This document shows positions 37,031-45,575 of a stretch of DNA of 64,000 nt, piece by piece; within the stretch, counting starts at the first letter, position 1; each line of letters opens with the position of its first letter. Both the position numbers and the translations under genes were made by a program. Source of the stretch: Methylococcales bacterium (GTDB lineage Bacteria; Pseudomonadota; Gammaproteobacteria; Methylococcales; Methylomonadaceae); assembly GCA_028713055.1 (NCBI GenBank), contig JAQTOX010000001.1, positions 3,988 to 67,987 on the forward strand, in the 5' to 3' direction. Below the pieces are notes generated by a model. The model was not told the origin of the DNA. It did not search any database and worked only from the letters and a program-made list of their open reading frames with translations.

Positions 37031-39939
37031 TGTAAATAATCCACAACTTGACGTACTTTTTCTTTATCGTGAAAGTATTTAAATTTTGGCAACGCATTCA
37101 TACCGTGACAATCGATGCAAAATGTCCCTTTCACGCCTTCAGTTCGTAAAAAACTATTGAGTGGCGAACCTTCCACATTCTCAATTTGCCCAAGTGACAA
37201 AATCGATTTTGGTTTTGATTGCAGCGCGTTTTGACGAATTTTCGCGCTCCAAAAATGTGGCTCGTGGCAGGTTTTACAAGCGATTTGTCCGAAATCGTCG
37301 ATTTTTTCTTTGGCATTTAACAGCGGCATAACTTTTTTATCTGACCGTAAAACCATGTCTTTGTGTGGATGATTAAAAAATCTCACAATTTTCTTTTCTG
37401 CAATGCCATTTTTTTGATGGCAGTTAATGCAAAGTTTATCTTCACGCAATTCGCTATGTTGCAATTCTCGGTCAGCAAAATCTTCTACAACCGATTTCAC
37501 CGAAAATAAATGCGGTGGATTTTTATCGCCTTTGTGCAAACTGTGACACGTGCCACAAACGCCACTTTGCGAAGGTTTTTCGTTAAATTGATTTGGTTTA
37601 TTTTTCGCCGTAATTCGCAAATCGTGGTCACTTCCAACTATCGCTTGTTTGCCTTGATGGCAATGTGAACAGAGTTCGCCATTTTGATTATTTTCAACTA
37701 ATGCGGGTGTATCGGTTTTGCCTTCATGCACCGAGTGACACGTTAAGCAACCAATTTCGCGCGTTTTTTTACCAGCGACAATTTCAACGTCATCGTCCAT
37801 TTTTACATTCACAGGATGGACGCCTTTTTGATCTGCATCGTCTTTGTCTTTTGCATGTTGACGTTGATGGCACGTTTTACAAAGTGATTCCGCGTCTTTA
37901 ATCCCTTTGTCGAGCAATGCCGTTTCTGGATTGCCCGAATGAACATTGTGGCAACTTTGACAGGTGACAAATTTCACTTCTTTGTCGTTTTTTTTCATGG
38001 GTTCATCAGGTTTTACGTTTGTTGGATGAATACCTTTGTGACGGGCATCGTCTTTATTTTTCGAGGCTTGTTTATCGTGGCAGGTTTCACAAAGCGCATC
38101 AGAAGTCAGATATTTTTTCTCAAGCAACGCTGAACCAAGTTTGCCATCATGAACAACGTGACAGGTTTGACAACTGACAAACTCAACAGTTTTGCCATCT
38201 TTTTGCATTGGTTTCTGATGTTTTTTTGGATCGGGTTTGATATTGACCGGATGTACGCCTTTTTTATGTGCGTCTTTTTCATTTTCGGAACTCTGCCGTT
38301 CGTGACATTCCAAACATAACGATGCTTTTTCATTTTCCAAAACAGTCAACGCGCCATTATCAAAACCGCCGTGAATTTGGTGACACGTTTGGCAAAGCAT
38401 TTCGTTTTGATTTCCTAAAACACCGCCATTTTTTAGTAACGAATCAGGTAACCCGTGTTGTTGTAATTTTGCCTCTGTTGCAAAACCAAGCGCGTTTTTT
38501 TCCGGCGGCAAGGCTAATTTAATGGCTAACGGATGATTCACACCGCGATTTTTGGCTTCTTTTTCACGGGTATTTTTACCTTTAGATTCATGACATTTTT
38601 CGCACAAATCGCCGTTTTTATTTGGCACACGCAGCCACGCATTGCCATGTTCTTTGTAAAGCGTTTCGTTCTCCAACATTTCACCCCCCTTTGAAAGGGG
38701 GGCTAGGGGGGATTTAGTGTGTGGCGTGTGGCAACTCGCACAATTCAAGTTGTTATGTTCGCCGTGAGGAAAATCCTTTGGTAATTTATCGGTGCGTTTT
38801 TCAACGAAACGTTCTTTTTTTAATTTTTCATCGTCATAAATTGTTGAATGTTGCGCTTTTGTGCCGATTCGCAAACGTGAATCCACAATTGCGCCGTTAT
38901 GACAGCTATAACACATCAAAAATGAACCATCAGGCAAAACGCCATTTTTGTCGGGTTGCGCCGTTTCTTTAACCCACGATAAATGACACGCTAAACAATT
39001 TTTTTGGGAAAGCTCAATTGAAACAGAATTATTTTTAGCAAGTTGTGAAAATTGTGGATTGATTGAAAATTCGACAATTTGATTGCCTAACGTTTCAGCA
39101 AGAAAAAGTTTATTGTCGCGCCATGCCAAGGAAGTCGGTGATTGTAAAACCATTGTTTTGCCGTTGTTATCAGTTAATTCTCCCAATGCTTCGCCATTTT
39201 TGAAGACTTTAATCGTTCCAAAATAACTGTCACTCACAAACAGCAAATCATTTTTTAGGTCGATTGCAATGCCATTTGGACGAAATAACGCCGTTTTGTT
39301 TGTACCGAATTTGCCAATCGTCGAAAAGAATCGCCCGTTTTTATCAAACTGTTGAATGCGTGAATTCATAATATCGACAACATAAAGATAACCGTCGCGG
39401 TCAAACGCCATTTGATACGGATATTGAAATTCATCCTCCATTTCGCCACGTTTTCCAAAGCACGGTAATGCTGAGTTTTTAACTAAATCAAAACGACAAA
39501 TTCTATGATTGGCGCGATCTGACCAATAAATTACATCTTCATAAACTGCAATCGCGACAGGTTCGGGCAAATTTTTGCTTTCTGCTGTTTGCGAAACATC
39601 GATTTTTTTGGTGAGTTTGCCCAAATTATCAACGCTCGTTAGTTCACGTTTTAACGGATTTGCGAGCCACCACCCATTTTTATAAGCAAAAACACTTAAT
39701 GCCGCGCCGTGGTTATCAATCAGATTTGCCGATTCACCAAGATGCAAACCCGAATTATCCAAAAACACCATTTTTTCTGCTGAAACCGCAACACCAACTG
39801 GTTTTTGCAAATTCGCCTCTAAAACACGTTGTGCTGTAATTTCTACCGCCCACGCATTCAAGGCGATAAAAAATAAATAGAACGCTAAAAATAGGCGATG
39901 GTTAACGTAACATTTCACGAATAGTAATCCGTTGGTCAT
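37027..39939 (-). CDS. NHL-repeat beta-propeller fused to a 16-haem c-type cytochrome (970 aa; an alternative GTG start at 39918 gives MKCYVNHRLFL...)
   Basis: N-terminal ~300 aa carry NHL repeats (YVVDIMNSRIQQFDKNGRF, LFVSDSYFGTIKVF). There are 16 CxxCH motifs counted by eye, and repeated CxxCH...KD(D)A..KGVHP.N(V/I)K units. Confidence 0.9.
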   Translation of the reverse strand: MTNGLLFVKCYVNHRLFLAFYLFFIALNAWAVEITAQRVLEANLQKPVGVAVSAEKMVFLDNSGLHLGESANLIDNHGAALSVFAYKNGWWLANPLKRELTSVDNLGKLTKKIDVSQTAESKNLPEPVAIAVYEDVIYWSDRANHRICRFDLVKNSALPCFGKRGEMEDEFQYPYQMAFDRDGYLYVVDIMNSRIQQFDKNGRFFSTIGKFGTNKTALFRPNGIAIDLKNDLLFVSDSYFGTIKVFKNGEALGELTDNNGKTMVLQSPTSLAWRDNKLFLAETLGNQIVEFSINPQFSQLAKNNSVSIELSQKNCLACHLSWVKETAQPDKNGVLPDGSFLMCYSCHNGAIVDSRLRIGTKAQHSTIYDDEKLKKERFVEKRTDKLPKDFPHGEHNNLNCASCHTPHTKSPLAPLSKGGEMLENETLYKEHGNAWLRVPNKNGDLCEKCHESKGKNTREKEAKNRGVNHPLAIKLALPPEKNALGFATEAKLQQHGLPDSLLKNGGVLGNQNEMLCQTCHQIHGGFDNGALTVLENEKASLCLECHERQSSENEKDAHKKGVHPVNIKPDPKKHQKPMQKDGKTVEFVSCQTCHVVHDGKLGSALLEKKYLTSDALCETCHDKQASKNKDDARHKGIHPTNVKPDEPMKKNDKEVKFVTCQSCHNVHSGNPETALLDKGIKDAESLCKTCHQRQHAKDKDDADQKGVHPVNVKMDDDVEIVAGKKTREIGCLTCHSVHEGKTDTPALVENNQNGELCSHCHQGKQAIVGSDHDLRITAKNKPNQFNEKPSQSGVCGTCHSLHKGDKNPPHLFSVKSVVEDFADRELQHSELREDKLCINCHQKNGIAEKKIVRFFNHPHKDMVLRSDKKVMPLLNAKEKIDDFGQIACKTCHEPHFWSAKIRQNALQSKPKSILSLGQIENVEGSPLNSFLRTEGVKGTFCIDCHGMNALPKFKYFHDKEKVRQVVDYLQ
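38679..38718. repeat. Half-copy (single arm) of the 80-nt palindromic element, in-frame inside the NHL cytochrome gene
   Basis: tcacccccctttgaaaggggggctaggggggattt matches the right arm of the copies at 43918-43997 and 47091-47170. It is translated as KSPLAPLSKGGE. Confidence 0.7.
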
Positions 39940-40687
39940 CGTTTTTATAATGTTCTAAAAAGCGTGGAATGATGTGCGTGGTAATCGCTTGAACTTGTTC
40001 TGAAGTTGCACCCAATTTGGACAAATCGAGTTTCGATTTTTTATCATTGTGGCATTCTTGGCAAGGCGTTCCTTGATGTATTTGATCGGTTTTTTGCCAA
40101 TTCATCGGCGCGTGAATTTTTGCGTGCAACGTCACCTTTTCTGAATCATTCGCGTGTTTCCATTGTTCTTCGATTTGATTTGAAAACTCATCACTTTTCA
40201 ACAAGAAAATCCGTACATTATTTAAAAATGGCCCGATTTTAGGATTTGTCAAACGTTGATTTTCGTTATCGATATTTTTGACAATTCGCAATAAATTCTG
40301 TCCTAAAACGGGCTGCTGTTTTTCCATATCAAACCACTGATAAGTAAATTTTTTATTTTCATAATGACACGTTTCACACGCAATAAATCGAACGTGCATA
40401 TTATTAAACGTGCGTGTTCTCAATGCCTTTTGATGTGGTAACGGAGAATGGCATGTTTGGCAAAAACTTTGTGGCGCGGTTTCGAGTTCACCCGTTTGTT
40501 TATGAAACGGTGGAATTACGAATTTTTCTTTAATCTCAATGTCTTTGTGTTCACGCACAGATTTTGCTGATAACTCAACCGCTTTTTGAGTAACTGACGC
40601 ATTTTCGATTTGTTGTTGGTGCAACGGAACATCTGCGGCAAAAGCCGATTTAACGATGAATAAAAATAATAAAAAATAAATTTTCAT
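39902..40687 (-). CDS. Trihaem c-type cytochrome (261 aa), secreted
   Basis: Signal peptide MKIYFLLFLFIVKSAFA and the motifs CQTCH, CETCH and CQECH. Confidence 0.85.
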   Translation of the reverse strand: MKIYFLLFLFIVKSAFAADVPLHQQQIENASVTQKAVELSAKSVREHKDIEIKEKFVIPPFHKQTGELETAPQSFCQTCHSPLPHQKALRTRTFNNMHVRFIACETCHYENKKFTYQWFDMEKQQPVLGQNLLRIVKNIDNENQRLTNPKIGPFLNNVRIFLLKSDEFSNQIEEQWKHANDSEKVTLHAKIHAPMNWQKTDQIHQGTPCQECHNDKKSKLDLSKLGATSEQVQAITTHIIPRFLEHYKNDDQRITIREMLR

Positions 40688-41970
40688 GATTTATCCTCAT
40701 CGTTTTTGGCTTTGGCGAATCGCTTTTTAATTTTCACCCACAAGCCTTCTTTCTTTTTAGGTTTTGAACCGATGATGATGCGTTGAAATTTCTCCGCGCC
40801 CAAAATTGAATTATTGTTGTTTTTGTTCAATTTGCTAGCATCACCAAAAATGCTCCAGGCGATATTTCCAAGCAAAAACACAATGGCAAATGAACCTAAA
40901 ATTGCTGCCAGTTTGTACCAAATCGATAATGTTTTAAACGTTGCAAAGTCGGGTTTTAAAACTTCATTTACTTTTGTTTCGACACCTAACCCAAGTGTTT
41001 GCACACCGTGCATTTCTGAATTTAAAAAGCCTTTGTTAGCCACGCTTTTTGAATAATCTTTATGGCAGTTCGATTGTCCACAAGTTTGCGCTAAATGTGC
41101 GGGATTTACCGACGAATCTACGTTTTCATCTCGTTTAATGCCATGATGTAAACCAGTTGGCGCGTGACATTCAACGCATGAGGCACCTACTAAATTTTCA
41201 TCAGCTAATAATCGTCCGTGTAAGGTTTTGTTATAACTTTCAGTCGAATGAATAAACGCCAAACTCACGGCTTTTTTTTCTTTTGTTTGGGAATCGTCTT
41301 GTTCAATTTTTGCCATTTTTTCAATATTGCCATGACAATCGATACACAATTTATTTGAAACATTTTTGTTCAAATGATTGCCAATATAACGGCGCAAAAT
41401 GTGACCGCTAAATTGATTTCGCCACACATCACCCTCGTGACAAGTGCCGCATTCTGCATCATTGTGAGAAAACTCTTTTTTGAATGCGTCCATTTGCGAT
41501 GCGGCAATGTACGGCGCGTTATCGTGACAACGCCGACACGAAGGCAAGGCAGAATCGGTGTCTTCTTTGATTCGATTTCCCGCCGCAAAATCTTTGCTTA
41601 AACCTTTTCCGTGTGCGGAACTTTCAAATTCTTTGGCAATATCTTTGTGTGTGAATGCCTTGCCATTGGAAGGTTCTTTGACATGACAGGTTTCGCCACA
41701 ATCGACCAAACCATCTTTTTCTTCGTGCGGATAATCAGTGATTTTTCGATGACAATCTTTGCACGGAACAGAACCATGCAACGAACCGTAATAATCGGAT
41801 TTCAAAATCGAAGCCGAACGAATTTGCCCTTGCTTATCGACATATTTCAAATCAGGCAAACCGTGACACGAAAAACAACCATCTGGATCAGGTTGGCGTT
41901 TATCGGCAAAAGTTAGATTGCAAAAAATCAGCAGCAACGCAAAGAAAAAGAATTTAAAACACTTCATCAA
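40684..41970 (-). CDS. Multihaem c-type cytochrome (6 CxxCH + CX3CH + CX4CH) with a C-terminal transmembrane anchor
   Basis: Signal peptide. Motifs CFSCH, CKDCH, CRRCH, CGTCH, CIDCH and CVECH, plus CGETCH (41683-41700) and CGQSNCH (41062-41082). TM helix LSIWYKLAAILGSFAIVFLLGNIAWSIF, then a Lys-rich tail. Confidence 0.85.
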   Translation of the reverse strand: MMKCFKFFFFALLLIFCNLTFADKRQPDPDGCFSCHGLPDLKYVDKQGQIRSASILKSDYYGSLHGSVPCKDCHRKITDYPHEEKDGLVDCGETCHVKEPSNGKAFTHKDIAKEFESSAHGKGLSKDFAAGNRIKEDTDSALPSCRRCHDNAPYIAASQMDAFKKEFSHNDAECGTCHEGDVWRNQFSGHILRRYIGNHLNKNVSNKLCIDCHGNIEKMAKIEQDDSQTKEKKAVSLAFIHSTESYNKTLHGRLLADENLVGASCVECHAPTGLHHGIKRDENVDSSVNPAHLAQTCGQSNCHKDYSKSVANKGFLNSEMHGVQTLGLGVETKVNEVLKPDFATFKTLSIWYKLAAILGSFAIVFLLGNIAWSIFGDASKLNKNNNNSILGAEKFQRIIIGSKPKKKEGLWVKIKKRFAKAKNDEDKS

Positions 41971-43019
41971 TGCACAGCCGTCGCAATTGTTATCATTGTT
42001 AAAAACCCCAACAGCAACGTCGCGTTAATGACTCTTGTCCATGAAATAGTTTGAACAGGCGTTACTTTTGGTTCAAAACGTGGTTTAAAGGTAATCACTT
42101 GCCAATCGGGATCGGGGAAAATTTCTGTACCTTTTTTAACACGCTTCGGTTCTTTGTGACGCGAAGCTGTGGTCCATTCGATTGCGTTCCAATCACACAC
42201 GTCAACACATTCGTGACAATCCATGCACGATGATTGTTCGACAGTGGCGACTTTATCAATCATTTTGATCGCGCCACACATACAATTTCGCGCACAAACA
42301 TTGCAACCTGTACAACGTTCTTTGGCAACGCGAATGCGGTGTGTGCTGCGAAAACGTGAGCCAAAACTGTTCACAACACCGTCGATTGCGCCAATCGGAC
42401 ACATAAATTGGCAATAAGCACGACCTTTGCTTGAGAAAAATCCAAGCAATAAAAGCAACGATAAATTCACTAAACCTACCGCTGAAAAAATAAACGCTAA
42501 ACCACCCGCGCCGCCTGACATCGCTTCGACTAAACGCGGTACAGTCACAAAATTACATAATGTACACGCACTCACACCAATGGCAGGTAAAACAATTAAA
42601 TATGTTCCCAAATAGCTGTAGCGAATTTGAAATTGCGGCAACCAACGGTATTCGATTTTCCATCGGTCATTTAATAAACGGCTGACCAACTCGCTAAATC
42701 CACCGACAGGACATAAAAAACTACACCAAATCCGTCCAAAAAATAATGTCGTTAGCAAAATCAATCCAAACGCAATCACGCCAATCATTGCCGCTGAAAC
42801 GTGCGTAGCAAAATCATCGAGCGACATATTTGGAAAATATAAATAAAACCGTCGCATACACAAACGCCCACATAAATCGCTATTGCCTGCGAGTTTAGGC
42901 AATATCGCCAACGGCGTTAAAAATACAATGCAAGAAACAAAAATCGTCGTGTAACGAAAACGTTGAACTTTTGGGACTTCGCGCCAACGTTGTAAAGTTG
43001 TTTTAAATGGATTCTTCAT
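41967..43019 (-). CDS. NapH/MauN/NosR-type membrane polyferredoxin (4Fe-4S binding integral membrane protein)
   Basis: Two CX3CP motifs (WCSFLCPVGG, YCQFMCPIGA) in TM-flanking loops. Two ferredoxin clusters, CTGCNVCARNC and CMDCHECVDVC. Several TM helices, including an extra C-terminal one. Confidence 0.8.
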   Translation of the reverse strand: MKNPFKTTLQRWREVPKVQRFRYTTIFVSCIVFLTPLAILPKLAGNSDLCGRLCMRRFYLYFPNMSLDDFATHVSAAMIGVIAFGLILLTTLFFGRIWCSFLCPVGGFSELVSRLLNDRWKIEYRWLPQFQIRYSYLGTYLIVLPAIGVSACTLCNFVTVPRLVEAMSGGAGGLAFIFSAVGLVNLSLLLLLGFFSSKGRAYCQFMCPIGAIDGVVNSFGSRFRSTHRIRVAKERCTGCNVCARNCMCGAIKMIDKVATVEQSSCMDCHECVDVCDWNAIEWTTASRHKEPKRVKKGTEIFPDPDWQVITFKPRFEPKVTPVQTISWTRVINATLLLGFLTMITIATAVH

Positions 43020-43022
43020 CGT

Positions 43023-44009
43023 TTAATTCTCAAACTCATGACAACTCAAACATAACGTGCCGTCTTTTGCTGGCAAGCGTAATAAAACTTCATTTTTCAG
43101 GCGTTGATATGGCGGCAAAGTAGTCGCTAATTTTTCTAAACGGTCGAGCTTATCCGCGTCAATAACTTCGCTCCAACTGTGTTTTTCATATTCCACGCCT
43201 TTTTTAATATCGCCATCGATTTGTTTGCTAGCAGGATTTTTTTCACCTAAAACACCTTTTGCGTGTGGCGAATGGCACGTTAAACAAAGCACTTCATCAT
43301 TTTCCGAAAGCGGCAAATGAACACCTTGCTCGGTTTCTATTTTTTGCAAACGCGCTTTCATATTTCGTGCTGAACTTTTCGATTGTTCTAACGTTTTAAG
43401 GTTCGCATCGGTATGTTCAACCGCGTTGAAATGCGGCGTTTTTAAATGGCAACCCAAACACACTTTTTCAACAGGTAAACGCAATCTGGCTTCAACTAAC
43501 GGACGCAATTTGTCGCGCTGTTCGTTGATTTCACTGTGACAAAATAAACAGTTTTCTTTTTTAATCGTACTGTCATCATTCAGCATCAAATGAATGTTTG
43601 GGCGTTCATGGGCTTTTTCATCGTGACAGTTCGCACAAAATGTTTCTAATTTTTTATAACCGTTTTTGCGTAAAAAATCAGGTGCATTCTTATCAATTTT
43701 GTCGTAAGGCGTTTCAGCGATTTTTTCTAAACCGTGGCACGTCTTACAACCGATTTTTCGCCCTTCTTTTAAAACAAATTCAGCAGGTGGGTGCATTTCG
43801 TCTAACAATTTAATATCTACCGCGTGATGCAAATCGGGCAAATGTTTCGATTGTTTATACGATTGCGTTTGCCAATCGGTCGATTCGGCGGCAAAAGGCG
43901 TTGTGCAAATTAACCATAAAACAAATCCTCCAACCCCCTTCAAAAAGGAGGCTTTTTCTTTTTCCCCTTGAAAAGGGGGGCAGGGGGGATTTGCTTTAAA
44001 AACTCTCAT
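43023..44009 (-). CDS. Hexahaem c-type cytochrome (328 aa); the N-terminus is encoded by the palindromic element
   Basis: CKTCH, CANCH, CLFCH, CLGCH, CLTCH and CLSCH. Signal-like GVGGFVLWLICTTPFAAES. A possible internal TTG start gives MKGVGGF... Confidence 0.85.
   Translation of the reverse strand: MRVFKANPPCPPFQGEKEKASFLKGVGGFVLWLICTTPFAAESTDWQTQSYKQSKHLPDLHHAVDIKLLDEMHPPAEFVLKEGRKIGCKTCHGLEKIAETPYDKIDKNAPDFLRKNGYKKLETFCANCHDEKAHERPNIHLMLNDDSTIKKENCLFCHSEINEQRDKLRPLVEARLRLPVEKVCLGCHLKTPHFNAVEHTDANLKTLEQSKSSARNMKARLQKIETEQGVHLPLSENDEVLCLTCHSPHAKGVLGEKNPASKQIDGDIKKGVEYEKHSWSEVIDADKLDRLEKLATTLPPYQRLKNEVLLRLPAKDGTLCLSCHEFEN
43918..43997. repeat. 80-nt palindromic (MITE/RPE-like) element, full copy
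   Basis: aaaacaaatcctccaacccccttcaaaaaggagg...ccccttgaaaaggggggcaggggggatttgcttt. The arms are inverted repeats of each other, and each arm contains its own C5/G5 mini-hairpin. Confidence 0.8.
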
Positions 44010-44995
44010 AATCCTTTCTGCACGCGCTCGCCGTGATTATGACAAGTCACGCAATCCGAACCATTGTTAAAATGCACGCCGCTTAAACCGTTGCCCGTGT
44101 CGATTTCACCACCATCAGAAACCGTTTTCATGTTGTGGCACAACGCACAAAATTGGCTGTAATTCGTGTTGTTTTCGAGTAATTTCACGCTATACGGTTT
44201 GTTACGCATTTTAGAATCAAGAAAAATCGCGCCATTGCGTGAATCATCAATAAGTAAATTCGCATCTGTTGTACCGTGCATGGTGTGACAATCGACACAA
44301 TTAACAATCGTTTTGTACGCATAACCATCGCGCAGACCACTATATAAACCATTGCCCGTGCCTTCTGAAACGCCGTGTTTATCAATTTTCCAATAATCAT
44401 CTTCGGCGGCAATCGATTGATTTCTTCTGCCTGCATGAATAATTGGATAGTTCGTTTGCTGATGATTTCGATTGTGGCAACGCAAACAGAATTCGTTTTG
44501 GTCTTGGTAAGGCAACGGAGTTTCCGTTGGTTTATTAGGTTTGTCGCTAAACATCGTCAAATCAATATCTAACTCAAATTTACCATTCATATTCGAGGCA
44601 TCATGACAAACAACGCATTGCCGACTGGTCGTTGGCAAATCTTTCGACGCATCAAAATCATGCCGATGCTTGCCTGTTCGCATTGGATTCAAAGGCATAT
44701 CTTGCGGATTATGACAAATCAAACATTGCGGCTCGGTTTTTTTCGCACCGTTATCACCGTGACAAGCTGTGCAAGTAGCGAATTTCTTTTTATCTACAAT
44801 TGTTTTTATTTTCGGTACGGTTTCATGCAAACGTTGTAGCGCGTGACAACTTTGGCAATTTGCTTTGCCCCACGCGCTACCCATTCCATGCGACGGTGTT
44901 AAAAGCAAACTACCATTTTGCGAAATCGTTTTGGCGTGAATCGGCATCACGAAAAACAAGAAAATTAAAAAGGGCAGATGTTTAACGTGTCGCAT
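44006..44995 (-). CDS. Octahaem c-type cytochrome (start taken at Met 44995; the track ORF extends to 45049)
   Basis: Eight CxxCH motifs (CQSCH, CTACH, CLICH, CVVCH, CLRCH, CVDCH, CALCH, CVTCH). Signal peptide MRHVKHLPFLIFLFFVMPIHA. Confidence 0.85.
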   Translation of the reverse strand: MRHVKHLPFLIFLFFVMPIHAKTISQNGSLLLTPSHGMGSAWGKANCQSCHALQRLHETVPKIKTIVDKKKFATCTACHGDNGAKKTEPQCLICHNPQDMPLNPMRTGKHRHDFDASKDLPTTSRQCVVCHDASNMNGKFELDIDLTMFSDKPNKPTETPLPYQDQNEFCLRCHNRNHQQTNYPIIHAGRRNQSIAAEDDYWKIDKHGVSEGTGNGLYSGLRDGYAYKTIVNCVDCHTMHGTTDANLLIDDSRNGAIFLDSKMRNKPYSVKLLENNTNYSQFCALCHNMKTVSDGGEIDTGNGLSGVHFNNGSDCVTCHNHGERVQKGL

Positions 44996-45575
44996 GACAG
45001 TCACTGCAATAATTTTCATTGTGGCAACGTCCGCAACGTGCCGAATCAAAACGTGCTTCTAAACCGTGCAACGTGCGATAACCTAACGGATGATAACCCG
45101 CGCCCGACGTGTCACGGCGCAAATGGCAATCGGTACAAAAGTTCACATCTAAATGACACGTTTGGCAGTATTTTTCATTGCCTCGCGCGGCTTCGTTGTG
45201 ATGGTTTTTGTAATCAAATTTATGGTCAGGCGGTTGAATGCGCTCTTTATCGGTGTGACAAACGTCGCAACGCCACGGCGCACGTTGTTCATCCACATGG
45301 CAATTATGGCAAACCGCTTTGAGTGATTCGTTAGCAATGACGGTTAAATTTTTGAGTTTTTTAATATCAACGACATCGGTTTTTGCGTAAGTATGACAAA
45401 GCAAACAACTATCACCTTCTTCTTTCATCACGTCTAAATGTGCGTTGTGCGGATAATAAACGTCGGATTTTTGATTTCGTTTTTCCCACCACGAATTGTC
45501 AGTTTTGGCATCAATCGCAAACACTGAACTCGTCAAAACGAACAATAAACACATTGTGATAATTCGGTAACTCAT
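44982..45575 (-). CDS. Heptahaem c-type cytochrome, very haem-dense (197 aa), periplasmic
   Basis: Signal peptide MSYRIITMCLLFVLTSSVFA. Motifs CLLCH, CHNCH, CDVCH, CQTCH, CTDCH, CGRCH and CSDCH. Encoded directly downstream of the beta-barrel gene. Confidence 0.9.
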   Translation of the reverse strand: MSYRIITMCLLFVLTSSVFAIDAKTDNSWWEKRNQKSDVYYPHNAHLDVMKEEGDSCLLCHTYAKTDVVDIKKLKNLTVIANESLKAVCHNCHVDEQRAPWRCDVCHTDKERIQPPDHKFDYKNHHNEAARGNEKYCQTCHLDVNFCTDCHLRRDTSGAGYHPLGYRTLHGLEARFDSARCGRCHNENYCSDCHATR

